DNA of 64,000 bases from an uncultured Bacilli bacterium (GCA_910584165.1 CAJTZU010000001.1:200321-264320); one strand, 5' to 3'; positions 29,061-39,013 are shown, counted from the stretch's first letter. The notes: generated from the letters alone by a model not told the origin. Program-made: numbers and translations.

Positions 29061-29098
29061 AAAAATGAAAAGAAAATCCCTACTATAAATGGGATTTT
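29061..29098 (-). terminator. Terminator-like hairpin between divIB and ftsA
   Basis: Minus strand: AAAATCCC, a 10-nt loop, GGGATTTT, then CTTTTCATTTTT. Confidence 0.5.
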
Positions 29099-29182
29099 TC
29101 TTATAATAATTTTCTATCATAATATTCCATACAATTTTTACAAAAAATGTTTATTCAAAATATAGTTTATAAAAAAAGAGGG

Positions 29183-30004
29183 CTATTTTCCCTCTAATAC
29201 TTCTACGTATTCCCCACTATCTAAATGAAGAATTCCTTTTTTATTACCCAATCCCTCAGCATATTCTAAATAATCATAAATTCTTTCAAATTTTGGTAAT
29301 GTTACATAAACATAGTTACCATCATTCATTGCCATTAAAAAGAGTTCCGCATCTACATCTGTTGGATAATATCGAATTTCTGATATTTTGATAAGGACAT
29401 CATTTGGTACAGACACCATATTTTTTAAAAATCTTTTATAAACATCTTCAGGGATTTGATTTAGAACAATGGGAACACGAAAATTTCCTTCTATCTTTGT
29501 TCCATCCTGTAAAACCACTAAATCATCTGGCTGATAATAAAATAATGGTTTATTTTCTTCCACAGTAATTACAACTTTCCTTAAAAAATCTCCTTTTTTA
29601 ACAGTTGCCTTTAAAATCAAATCATTTTGAATTAAATTTTTTTCTATCTTTATGCTCGAAGTTGGTATCGTTTTTGGATATTCCCGAATACCTGCCATAT
29701 CGATAACTTCTTGATCACTTAAATAAATATTTCCTTTCACAATAATAGATTGAATAGGAACTTGTAACAGCAAATAAATAACTACACCCAAAAAAGCTAT
29801 TCCTAACAAACTTAAAAAGACATTAAAAAGGCGTATTCTTCTTTTCCTTTGCTTAATTTTTTTCTCTTTTTCTTTTTTCGTTGCCATTCTTGTTTTCTGC
29901 TTTACTTGGCTTTGCTTTATTTGACTCTGTTTTACTTTATTTTTATTTCTAGATACTCTAGTTGCTTTTGTTGTCACATTTTTTCCCTTTTTTGGTTTTG
30001 ACAT
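29183..30004 (-). CDS. divIB: Cell division protein DivIB/FtsQ
   Basis: Basic N-terminus, one TM helix and POTRA-like and beta domains. Sits between murB and ftsA. Confidence 0.8.
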   Translation of the reverse strand: MSKPKKGKNVTTKATRVSRNKNKVKQSQIKQSQVKQKTRMATKKEKEKKIKQRKRRIRLFNVFLSLLGIAFLGVVIYLLLQVPIQSIIVKGNIYLSDQEVIDMAGIREYPKTIPTSSIKIEKNLIQNDLILKATVKKGDFLRKVVITVEENKPLFYYQPDDLVVLQDGTKIEGNFRVPIVLNQIPEDVYKRFLKNMVSVPNDVLIKISEIRYYPTDVDAELFLMAMNDGNYVYVTLPKFERIYDYLEYAEGLGNKKGILHLDSGEYVEVLEGK

Positions 30005-30012
30005 TGTATCAC

Positions 30013-30909
30013 CTATTCTACAAATTCTTGTTCAACTTTTAGCTCTATCCCATATTTTTCTTTTACTTTTTCTTGTATTTCAACAATTAATTTTTTAATA
30101 TCGTCGCCATTAGCATGACCTTTATTAATAATAAAATTTGCATGTTTTTCACTAACACAAGCATCCCCTATGCTATAACCTTTATACCCAATTTCTTCAA
30201 TTAATCTACCAGCAAAATCTCCCTCTGGATTTCTAAATACAGAGCCTGCTGAAGGATATTCTAATGGTTGAGTCTCTATTCTTCTTTTTTTTCTATCTTC
30301 AATTAATTGCATAATTTCTTCCGCATTTCCTTTTTTTAACAAAATAGTAGCTTCTAAACAAATGTAATCCGGATTCTTTTGTAAAAAAGAAGTACGATAA
30401 TGAAATTTCATATCATAGTTTGTCATTTCGACAACACGATAGCGAGGGGTTAAAACCTTTACACTTTTAATAATATATCCCATATCACTTTTATAGGCTC
30501 CTGCATTCATATAAACCGCTCCACCTACTGTTCCTGGGATTCCTGTTGCAAACTCTATTCCTGTATAGCCTAAACGAGATAACCTAGTTGCCAATTTTGT
30601 TAAAGAATAACCAGCTCCAACGCGAATTTCTCTTCCCTTTATCTCTAAATCATTTAATTTATCTAATTTAATTAAAATTCCATCATAAAAAGAATCTCCA
30701 AAAATTAAATTAGAACCTTTTCCTAAAATTTTATGTTTTATTTGATTTTCCCTTAAAAATTTTAGCAAAATAATTAAGCCTTCTATATCATCAGGAATGA
30801 CAAGACCTAGCGCATGCCCTCCCACTTGATAAGTTGTATATTCTTTTATGTCTACATCAGACAAGATGGTACCAACATTTAATTCCTCTATATTTTTTAT
30901 TATATCCAT
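30013..30909 (-). CDS. murB: UDP-N-acetylenolpyruvoylglucosamine reductase
   Basis: FAD-binding MurB motifs (GKGSNL, GIPGTVGGAVYMNAGAY, SAGSVFRNP). Confidence 0.95.
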   Translation of the reverse strand: MDIIKNIEELNVGTILSDVDIKEYTTYQVGGHALGLVIPDDIEGLIILLKFLRENQIKHKILGKGSNLIFGDSFYDGILIKLDKLNDLEIKGREIRVGAGYSLTKLATRLSRLGYTGIEFATGIPGTVGGAVYMNAGAYKSDMGYIIKSVKVLTPRYRVVEMTNYDMKFHYRTSFLQKNPDYICLEATILLKKGNAEEIMQLIEDRKKRRIETQPLEYPSAGSVFRNPEGDFAGRLIEEIGYKGYSIGDACVSEKHANFIINKGHANGDDIKKLIVEIQEKVKEKYGIELKVEQEFVE

Positions 30910-30913
30910 ATTA

Positions 30914-31996
30914 TCATTTTCCCTCTATTAGTTTTTGGATTTCTTGATAAATAATAGTTGCACTATTTGATACACCTAGCTTACTTAAATTCTTTTTCAT
31001 TTCTTCTTGTTTTTTAGTAGATACAAGAATTGAGTTCACATTTTGCATTAAAACTTCTGGTGTTAAATCCTTCTCTTCTATTAACATAGCTGCATCTTCT
31101 TTGACTAAATCCATTGCATTCTTATATTGATGATTATTCGGAACATAAGGGCTTGGAATCAAAATCGAAGGAACTTTTAAAGCCATAATCTCACTTAATG
31201 TAGAAGCTCCAGCCCGTGTTATCATTAAATCTGTATTCTTCATAATACAAGTCATATTGTCAATATAAGGAACTACTTTAACATTCCTTGGAAATTCACA
31301 TTTTTTAATTTCTTCATAATCATTTTTACCAGTTACAAATAAAAATTGGTAAGGTTCTCCCCCTACTTTCGGAAGCGTTTCTTTTAATACCTCATTTACA
31401 CTACTAGCCCCTAATGAGCCCATTACTATTAAAATTAGTTTTTTAGAATCATCTAATCCTAATTCTGATTTTTTCATAGGCTCTTTCTTAATAGCATCTT
31501 CACTACATGGATTTCCTGTAAAAACAGTCTTATTTTTTGGAAAACTATCCATAGAAGATTTAAAAGAAACACCAATTAAATCTGTATGAGAAGCTAAAGA
31601 AAGATTCGCTTTTCCTGCAACACTATTTTGCTCATGTAAAAAAGTTTTAATTCTTAATTTATGAGCAGCAGATAGTACTGGTACTGTAACATAGCCACCT
31701 ACTCCAATCACAATATCAGGCTTAAATTCCTTTAACCATTTAATACATTTCTTCTTAGATTTATATAAACAATGAATTACTTTGATATTTTTCCATAATT
31801 GTTTTCTATTGAATCCATAAACTTCAATAGAACGAAAAGGAATTCCTTCTTTTGGAACAATATCTTTTTCCATACGATTATGGGTCCCAATATATAAGAA
31901 TTCACTATTTGGCTCCTTTTCTTGTATCTTATGAATAATCGCTAAAGCAGGATAGATATGCCCCCCTGTTCCTCCAGCACTAATGACTACTCTCAT
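30914..31996 (-). CDS. murG: UDP-N-acetylglucosamine--lipid I transferase MurG
   Basis: N-terminal GGTGGHIYPALA and C-terminal RAGASTLSE. Confidence 0.95.
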   Translation of the reverse strand: MRVVISAGGTGGHIYPALAIIHKIQEKEPNSEFLYIGTHNRMEKDIVPKEGIPFRSIEVYGFNRKQLWKNIKVIHCLYKSKKKCIKWLKEFKPDIVIGVGGYVTVPVLSAAHKLRIKTFLHEQNSVAGKANLSLASHTDLIGVSFKSSMDSFPKNKTVFTGNPCSEDAIKKEPMKKSELGLDDSKKLILIVMGSLGASSVNEVLKETLPKVGGEPYQFLFVTGKNDYEEIKKCEFPRNVKVVPYIDNMTCIMKNTDLMITRAGASTLSEIMALKVPSILIPSPYVPNNHQYKNAMDLVKEDAAMLIEEKDLTPEVLMQNVNSILVSTKKQEEMKKNLSKLGVSNSATIIYQEIQKLIEGK

Positions 31997-32074
31997 GTCA
32001 TCACATCCTTATCGATATTATACCATAATTATATGCAAAAGCATAGGAAAAAAATATCACAAAAAAAAGGAATA

Positions 32075-32884
32075 TTACTTCCTTTTTCCACCTTTAGAAT
32101 TATAAGAATCTGTTGCTAAAATAGAATATAAGTCTGGATGTCTTTCCCCACAAGCATCTAATAAAGCAACATCACTATATAATGGGGTTCCCTCTTCTTT
32201 TCTTTTTTCAAAATATGCACTTAATCCACTAGCCATAATACATAATTCCTGAGAATCATCTAAAATACTTTCTAACTGCTTTCTACTAGTATCTTTTAAA
32301 GATGTTCCTAATTCTTCTAATATAGCATTTATAAGGACAGTAGATTGATTTCGCAAGTAAGAAAGCATTCTTTCCTCACTTATTCTAGACCCATCTACAA
32401 TATTTTGAATAAACCCTAAATCCTCTGAAGCTTCCCCTCTTTTTATTTTACTTTTTGCTTTTTGAGTCATTCTTTGCACACTTAGTTTTCTGCTATTCCA
32501 TTTATAACCATCTAAATAAGTTTGCCTTACAGTCATAAAATGAGTAAAAACGCCTAATATTAACATCATTTCAGTAATCGTAAAACGTTTTGATAATTTT
32601 CTTTCTTTATCTTTATCAACAACACCCCTATAATAAGTTTCAAATACTTCTCTAATTTCTGTATCATTTCTAAATAAGTAAGAAGAAATATCATCGCCAC
32701 GCTCTGTTATTTTTTTCTTTTCAGACTCTAATAATGCTTTTACCTCTTCTGTATCTTTTGTAATTTCTACAATACGTTTTGATACTTCATCACTCAAAGA
32801 TCTAAATTCTGTAGGTGCAAATTCTCCTTTATCTAATATTAACAATAATGGTGTAATGGCACCACTTTCAATTGTTTTTAACAT
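32075..32884 (-). CDS. Hypothetical protein (269 aa)
   Basis: Long ORF, helical and charged. No motif recognised. Confidence 0.55.
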   Translation of the reverse strand: MLKTIESGAITPLLLILDKGEFAPTEFRSLSDEVSKRIVEITKDTEEVKALLESEKKKITERGDDISSYLFRNDTEIREVFETYYRGVVDKDKERKLSKRFTITEMMLILGVFTHFMTVRQTYLDGYKWNSRKLSVQRMTQKAKSKIKRGEASEDLGFIQNIVDGSRISEERMLSYLRNQSTVLINAILEELGTSLKDTSRKQLESILDDSQELCIMASGLSAYFEKRKEEGTPLYSDVALLDACGERHPDLYSILATDSYNSKGGKRK

Positions 32885-32956
32885 AATAATCCCCCTTTAA
32901 CAGTTGGATATTATACCATATTTTAAAAAATTTGCAAATTAAAAGAAATTACTCAA

Positions 32957-33778
32957 TTATAATTTCTTTTTCTGCTCATGAAGAGCAAGAACCAGAGCAT
33001 TTGCCATATTTCTTCCCTCTAATAAACTAGTACGGGACAAATCCTCATATCTCTTTTCTTCCCTTGTTTCACAAATAATTTCATCCTGAAATAACTGATG
33101 ATAATCCTTCTCTTTATAAACACAGCTACTAGCAGCATCTACAATAAAACCATCCTTATCTCTTATTACACTATGATAAGCAGTACCTACAAAACTATTT
33201 GACATTAAAGAAGTTACTAATGTAGAACCTGGCATATAATCCATTAAACTCCAAGATACATTATGACATTGCCCTTTTACTTTATCATCTTGTAAAAGCA
33301 TTTTCATAAAATAATTTTCTCCAAAATATTTCTTAATAGAACAAAATGTTATATTTCCCAATTGCTCACTATGAACGGTAACAGTTCCCTTTTTTTCGAT
33401 TACCTTTTCAATATAAGGAGCTTTTACAACAAAATTTCTAACACAATTTGATAAACCATATTCTGTATACTGTCCTATCAACCGAACAAAAGAAACATAA
33501 TCTTCTGTCAAATTATATCCAAAATGTTCTAACGTTTGATAAAATAAAGGAATAAATTGGTTTCCTGCTTCATGATTAAATAATAAACTATGGAGAGCCC
33601 AAAAAACATCTTTATACTGGAAGGAAGCTATTTTTTCTCTTTCAGCAACAGCTCTCCAATCAATTCCACTACATTTTTTAAATTCTTCCAAAAATTTTCT
33701 ATAAATCTCATTATTTTGGATACGATATTTTCCTTCATATTCATCAAATATTTGTTGATAAGTCATATTTTCCTCCAA
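32957..33778 (-). CDS. Hypothetical protein with a transglutaminase/papain-like Cys-His-Asp pattern
   Basis: GQCHNVSWSL (candidate nucleophile Cys) followed by AYHSVIRDKDGFIVDAA (candidate His and Asp). Confidence 0.55.
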   Translation of the reverse strand: MEENMTYQQIFDEYEGKYRIQNNEIYRKFLEEFKKCSGIDWRAVAEREKIASFQYKDVFWALHSLLFNHEAGNQFIPLFYQTLEHFGYNLTEDYVSFVRLIGQYTEYGLSNCVRNFVVKAPYIEKVIEKKGTVTVHSEQLGNITFCSIKKYFGENYFMKMLLQDDKVKGQCHNVSWSLMDYMPGSTLVTSLMSNSFVGTAYHSVIRDKDGFIVDAASSCVYKEKDYHQLFQDEIICETREEKRYEDLSRTSLLEGRNMANALVLALHEQKKKL

Positions 33779-33810
33779 TGGTTGTTATTATAAAGAAAAA
33801 ATTACTTTTG

Positions 33811-35577
33811 TCAAGCTTTATCATAAGCTTGTAAATATTCATATAATTCTATTGCTACTTTTTCAGGCAACAATTCTTTTAAATCTTCTATTGTTAATTT
33901 CTTTAAAGCAGTAACTGTTTTATATTTTTTTAACAATTGTTTCTTTCTTTTATCCCCTATACCAGATACTGGGTCTAATATACTCTCTAATGAGCCTTTA
34001 CTACGAATTTGTTTATGATAATTAATTGTAAATTCATGAACTTCATCTTGCATTCTCTCTAACAAATAGAATAAATTACTTTTTTTATCAATGTTATATT
34101 CTTTTTCTTCTGTAAGTAACGCATTCGTAGTATGTCTATCATCTTTTTTTAACCCTACTACCATAATCGGCAAATATAAACTATCTATAATTTCTTTTGC
34201 TGCATGAATTTGGCCTAAACCACCATCCACTATAATTAAGTCTGGCTTTTCTAATTGCTCCTTCAATACTCTAAAATATCTTCTGTAAATAACTTCTCTC
34301 ATTGTATTATAATCATCGTTTTTATCAATCGATATTTTAAACTTACGATATTCATTCTTAGCAGGTTTTCCGTTTTTAAAAACAACCATTCCTGATACAT
34401 TGTATGTTCCAAATAAATGAGCATTATCAAATATTTCAATGCGATCTAATTTTTCCAAACCTAAAATATTTCTTAGTTCCTCATTTGCATTTAGTGTCCT
34501 AGCTTCATCTCTCTCAATTAATTCAAACTGTTCCTCTAAAGCTATTTTCGCATTTTCATTAGCCATATCTATTAATTTTAATTTTTCCCCTTTTTGCGGT
34601 TTTCTAACATCCAGTTCTAAATAATCAGATAAAACACCTGCATCCACTATCTCAGGAACTAAAATTTCTTTAGGCTTTACAATATTCTGATAAAAATCAG
34701 CAATATACCTTGTTAATTCCTCTCCATCGCTTTCAATCATTGGAATAATTTTAGAATGCCTTCCAACAATTTTAGAACCTCTTATAAAGAAAACTTGAAT
34801 ACTTAAATATCCTTTATTAACAAAATATCCAAAAATGTCTCTATCCACTTGGTCTTTTACTTCCACTTGTTGATGAGTAAGAGTTACTTCAATATAATTC
34901 AATAATTGTTTCATTTCTAACGCTTTCTCATATTTCATCTCTTCACTAAATTTCTGCATTTCTTCTTCAATGCGTTTTGTAATAAAAGAGTGATCTCCTT
35001 TTAGAAAACGGATAATTTCTTCTTTCATCGCGTTAATATCTTCTTTTGAAACTTTTTCTGTACAATATCCCAAACACTGATGGATATGATAATAAAGACA
35101 TGGTTTTGAATTATAGGTATTACATTTTCTAATTGGATACATACGATTTAATAAATTAACAACACCACGTGCAGCAGTTACATTTGGATATGGTCCATAT
35201 AAATACTTCTGATTTTTTTTACGAGTTAAAGAACGAATAACTTTTAAACGTGGAACTTCCTCGTTAGTAAGTTCAATATAAGGATAAGTCTTATCATCTT
35301 TTAAAAGAATATTATATTTAGGATTATATTTTTTTATCAAATTATTTTCTAGAATAAAGGATTCTACTTCACTATTTACAGTTATATATTCAAAATCAAC
35401 AATTTCACTTACTAATTTTGCTGTTTTACCTGTATGCTTTCCGCGAAAATAAGAACTAACTCGATTCTTCAAGTTTTTTGCTTTTCCTACATAAATAATA
35501 ATTCCATCTTTATTCTTCATTAAATAACAACCTGGACTAGTAGTTAATAAAGATAATTTTTGTTTTATATAATCCAT
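33811..35577 (-). CDS. uvrC: Excinuclease ABC subunit C
   Basis: GIY-YIG N-terminus (GCYLMKNKDGIIIYVGKAKNLKNRV), UVR domain, endonuclease V-like region and HhH C-terminus. Confidence 0.95.
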   Translation of the reverse strand: MDYIKQKLSLLTTSPGCYLMKNKDGIIIYVGKAKNLKNRVSSYFRGKHTGKTAKLVSEIVDFEYITVNSEVESFILENNLIKKYNPKYNILLKDDKTYPYIELTNEEVPRLKVIRSLTRKKNQKYLYGPYPNVTAARGVVNLLNRMYPIRKCNTYNSKPCLYYHIHQCLGYCTEKVSKEDINAMKEEIIRFLKGDHSFITKRIEEEMQKFSEEMKYEKALEMKQLLNYIEVTLTHQQVEVKDQVDRDIFGYFVNKGYLSIQVFFIRGSKIVGRHSKIIPMIESDGEELTRYIADFYQNIVKPKEILVPEIVDAGVLSDYLELDVRKPQKGEKLKLIDMANENAKIALEEQFELIERDEARTLNANEELRNILGLEKLDRIEIFDNAHLFGTYNVSGMVVFKNGKPAKNEYRKFKISIDKNDDYNTMREVIYRRYFRVLKEQLEKPDLIIVDGGLGQIHAAKEIIDSLYLPIMVVGLKKDDRHTTNALLTEEKEYNIDKKSNLFYLLERMQDEVHEFTINYHKQIRSKGSLESILDPVSGIGDKRKKQLLKKYKTVTALKKLTIEDLKELLPEKVAIELYEYLQAYDKA

Positions 35578-35586
35578 AATTCACCT

Positions 35587-36633
35587 CTATCCTAAATCAT
35601 ACTTTTCTATTAAACGATATATTTTTTCTGTAATTTCTTTTCGGCTTTCTCTAAGGGGCATATTTTCCCTAGAAGGATGAATAGAATTGGAAAAAAAGAT
35701 AATCGCTATATCATTAGTTCTATCAATTAAAATATGGTGTCCTGGAAATCCAGTATGATAAATAGCATCCTCACCACATACTTCTTTACAAACAGGAGAA
35801 CTTTTTCCATAAATCCATCCAATTGTTCTCCTAATACCACTACTATCGATAAATAATGGAGAAAACCATAAATCGATATATTTCTTTTCTAAGAATTCTT
35901 TTCCTTGATAAAAGCCATCATTTAGTATCATCATAAGAAAATGACTCATATCTAAAACTGTAGAAAAGACTCCAGCATGTCCTGCAATCCCATCTAAAAA
36001 AGCAGCTTTCTCATCATGGACAGTTCCCCAAACAAGACCTCTATCATCAGTTAATTCCATAGGAACACATCTTTTTTTGTCAGTAGGGTTATAGCTTGTA
36101 TCCATCATTTCTAATGGCTCAAAAATAAGAGTACGAGCTAAAACATCTAAGGAATTACCAAATATTTTTTCTATAATAAATCCTAGTAAAATGAAGTTAA
36201 CATCAATATATTTTACATCTTCTCCTGGTTGAAACATTCTATCTAATTTCTCAATAAATTCTTTTTTATCTATTAAATGAAATTTATCAAAAGTAGGTTT
36301 TAAACCAGAAGAATGTGTAAGTAAATGAAGAATTTGAATATCTTCATAAGGAAATTCTTCAATATAGTCTTTTACATAATTCTCTAATTTTATTTTTTTA
36401 TCACGGATTAAAAAAGAAATTAACGTATTAGTTACTAACAATTTCGTAATACTTGCAATATCATACAAATTATGAGTATCATTCTCCTCCCTTTCAGGAA
36501 TTAACGATTTATAGCCAACACTTGAAAATATAGTTTCTTGACTAGTAATGATACTGTAATTACAACCTGGAAATACTTTTTTTTCTACTAATGTTTTTAA
36601 ATAATTATCAAGTTCTTCTTTCATATACATCAC
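35587..36633 (-). CDS. Serine hydrolase, beta-lactamase/PBP4*-like family
   Basis: SxxK motif (ASITKLL) and a 348-aa class C-like layout. The true start may be at M3/M4. Confidence 0.75.
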   Translation of the reverse strand: MMYMKEELDNYLKTLVEKKVFPGCNYSIITSQETIFSSVGYKSLIPEREENDTHNLYDIASITKLLVTNTLISFLIRDKKIKLENYVKDYIEEFPYEDIQILHLLTHSSGLKPTFDKFHLIDKKEFIEKLDRMFQPGEDVKYIDVNFILLGFIIEKIFGNSLDVLARTLIFEPLEMMDTSYNPTDKKRCVPMELTDDRGLVWGTVHDEKAAFLDGIAGHAGVFSTVLDMSHFLMMILNDGFYQGKEFLEKKYIDLWFSPLFIDSSGIRRTIGWIYGKSSPVCKEVCGEDAIYHTGFPGHHILIDRTNDIAIIFFSNSIHPSRENMPLRESRKEITEKIYRLIEKYDLG

Positions 36634-36658
36634 AAATTTATTTTAACACAGTTTGTCC

Positions 36659-36684
36659 TAAATAAAAAGAACCTTAGGTTCTTT
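36659..36684 (-). terminator. Terminator directly after the radical SAM-MazG gene
   Basis: Minus strand: AAAGAACC-TAA-GGTTCTTT then TTATTTAGG. It begins 1 nt after the stop codon. Confidence 0.55.
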
Positions 36685-38352
36685 CTAAATATGTTTTTCA
36701 TAGGGCTTTTCTATACTTACCTCACTTGTCTTATATTCTGTAAGTAAATCAATTCTACCATTAGATATGACAGTATCAAATCCTTTCTCATAACGAGATT
36801 TTAGTTTTTCTATATTAAGACGAGCTGGTACTTCAATAGAAATGCCTAATTCATGATTAACAATAGCTGTTAAAACTACCATAAAACTAGCACTAAGTTT
36901 TATCACTTCTTTTCTATCTTGAGCATATAACAACTTACAAGCAGTAGCTACTAAATCTTTCCAATACGTATCAAAATCGTAGTCGCTAGAAAAGTTATCT
37001 AAAGAAGATAGCAGATAGTATTTAGAATGCGGTGTAAAAAGACATTCAGGATCTTTCCTCTTAACACATTTTTCAACATCTTCTTCTCCAATTGGAGTTC
37101 TAGTAGATGGAACTTTTCTTTTATATCCTAATAAAGATTCTCCAATTTCTTCAAAAGAAACACCATAAGAATTACTTAAAGAAGCCGCAATATACCACAT
37201 GATATCTCCTGCTTCAATTGCCAAATTTTTACGGATTTTTTCTTGATTTTCTTCTGTTAACTCATGAGTTTTTAATTTTTTAAAAGAGTCAAAAAATTCT
37301 CCTAATTCTCCAATGATTCCAAGTTCTCCATTCATTCTTTTTATTTTATTAGAACCAAAGTCTTTCATTGTTCTTAATGCTTGGTCGCCATATTCTTGAA
37401 ATGTTAAATGCGTACTATCTACAAACGCTATCATCTTTTGTCCTAAGCATCCACCTTTACAACATGCAAATTGTGGACATTTTATGCATTCATCAGAAGA
37501 TTCCACTTTATACTTTCGAATCGCTTCGAAATAAGATGATGTATAAATATCTCCCAAAGATGATTCATAAATATTTCCACCACTTCCTAAATAATCAAAA
37601 TACTTCATCGCATCACATGGATAGACATTGCCATCAAAACCTACTATCATTGTTTTATCAGCAGCAGTACAAGGAGTATGAGTAATTCCTAAATAATTCC
37701 AAGGGCTACCTAATCTTAATTTATCACCATATTGTCTTTTCCAATATTCAATATCTTCTTTTAACCCTAACGTTTCTTCTTTTGTTAATAACAATCCTCT
37801 ATCGCCTCGTCCATGAGGAACAAATCGCAATAAAGAAAACCTAGAAGTTTTATTTTCAGGTAAAGAGAAAAATAAATCTAAAGCTTCCTGAATATTTAGA
37901 TACGTTAGTTTAGTAACTGCATGGTGAACACCTAATGTAATATCAGTTTCTTGTAATAACTTTGGAAAAAATTCCAGTAATTTTTGAAGATTAACAGCAC
38001 CATCTCTAGTAAGTCTCCAAGTAGTGGAATAAATCATTTCACCTAATCCATAAAATGTTAAATTTCTAATTTGCTCTATGGTTTTATCATTAGGCGTTGC
38101 CATCGTATAAAGTTTACTTTTCATTCCCTGATTAGAAGCATAATCCACTACTTCCTCCAAATAAGGATATAAAGTTGCCTCACCACCTGTAAAAACAATA
38201 GAATGAGCACCTAATTCTCTTGCTTCTCTAATCACTCTTTTTACAATAGACGGTTTCATCGAAATATAGTTTTTATTAATTGCATTACTAGAGCAGTGAA
38301 TGCACATTCTTTCACAACGCTCTGTTAATTCTATTTTTACCTCTTTTAACAT
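36685..38352 (-). CDS. Radical SAM/SPASM domain protein fused to a MazG-like NTP pyrophosphohydrolase domain
   Basis: CX3CX2C at residues 13-20 (CERMCIHC) and GGEATL. SPASM-type Cys cluster at residues 228-302 (PCTAADKTMIVGFDGNVYPC...CIKCPQFACCKGGC). Residues about 340-395 (GELGIIGELGEFFDSF...AIEAGDIMWYIAA) match the EXXE/EXXD helices of all-alpha NTP-PPases. A 150-aa tail follows with unknown function. Confidence 0.75.
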   Translation of the reverse strand: MLKEVKIELTERCERMCIHCSSNAINKNYISMKPSIVKRVIREARELGAHSIVFTGGEATLYPYLEEVVDYASNQGMKSKLYTMATPNDKTIEQIRNLTFYGLGEMIYSTTWRLTRDGAVNLQKLLEFFPKLLQETDITLGVHHAVTKLTYLNIQEALDLFFSLPENKTSRFSLLRFVPHGRGDRGLLLTKEETLGLKEDIEYWKRQYGDKLRLGSPWNYLGITHTPCTAADKTMIVGFDGNVYPCDAMKYFDYLGSGGNIYESSLGDIYTSSYFEAIRKYKVESSDECIKCPQFACCKGGCLGQKMIAFVDSTHLTFQEYGDQALRTMKDFGSNKIKRMNGELGIIGELGEFFDSFKKLKTHELTEENQEKIRKNLAIEAGDIMWYIAASLSNSYGVSFEEIGESLLGYKRKVPSTRTPIGEEDVEKCVKRKDPECLFTPHSKYYLLSSLDNFSSDYDFDTYWKDLVATACKLLYAQDRKEVIKLSASFMVVLTAIVNHELGISIEVPARLNIEKLKSRYEKGFDTVISNGRIDLLTEYKTSEVSIEKPYEKHI

Positions 38353-38373
38353 AAAGTCACCTCAAATGCCTTT

Positions 38374-38382
38374 ATTATAGCA
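38374..38382 (-). promoter_or_regulatory. Extended -10 element for the radical SAM-MazG gene
   Basis: Minus strand reads TGCTATAAT about 20 nt upstream of the GAGGTGA RBS. No good -35. Confidence 0.35.
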
Positions 38383-38384
38383 AA

Positions 38385-38413
38385 TTGTAATTAAAAAGAA
38401 AAGTTGTTATAAT
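38385..38413 (+). promoter_or_regulatory. Promoter-like element for yigZ
   Basis: TTGTAA, a 17-nt spacer, then TATAAT with a TG at -15/-14. It sits rather close to the RBS. Confidence 0.35.
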
Positions 38414-38428
38414 ATTTTTGGTGGTTTT

Positions 38429-39013
38429 ATGCAATCCATATCTCAAAAAGTACTATCTACTATCGAAATTCAAAAATCTAAATTTGTTTGTATCTTAATT
38501 CCTCTTAACAAATTAGAAGATGTAAAAATAGAACTAGAAAACATAAAAAAAGAATATAAATGCGCTACTCACTATTGCTATGGATATATTTTTGACCAAA
38601 TGAAAAGATTTTCTGATGATGGAGAGCCCGGCGGTACGGCAGGAATGCCTATTCTAAAAGTATTAGAAAATCATTCTTTTAATCATGTTTTAGCAGTGGT
38701 AGTAAGATACTTTGGTGGCATTAAGTTAGGCGCTGGTGGACTTGTTAGGGCTTATACAAATAGTGTAGTAGACGCAATTGAGAAATGCGAAAAAATAAAT
38801 TTGATTGTAGGAATAAAATTAAAGATTTCTTTTTCTTATAATCAAGAAAAGAATATTCAAAATATTCTTTCTCCTTATCCTATTTTAGAAAAAGATTATC
38901 AGGAAGAGATTTCCTATACTTTATTTCTACCACAAAATTATCTAGAAAATCTTAAAAACTATTCCTATCAAATATTAGAAGAAAATGTCTTAGGTGAAGA
39001 AAAAAAAGCCTAA
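38429..39013 (+). CDS. yigZ: YigZ/IMPACT family protein (UPF0029)
   Basis: KSKF...HYCYGY...SDDGEPGGTAGMPIL...VVRYFGGIKLGAGGLVRAY, the hallmark of the family. Confidence 0.88.
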   Translation: MQSISQKVLSTIEIQKSKFVCILIPLNKLEDVKIELENIKKEYKCATHYCYGYIFDQMKRFSDDGEPGGTAGMPILKVLENHSFNHVLAVVVRYFGGIKLGAGGLVRAYTNSVVDAIEKCEKINLIVGIKLKISFSYNQEKNIQNILSPYPILEKDYQEEISYTLFLPQNYLENLKNYSYQILEENVLGEEKKA

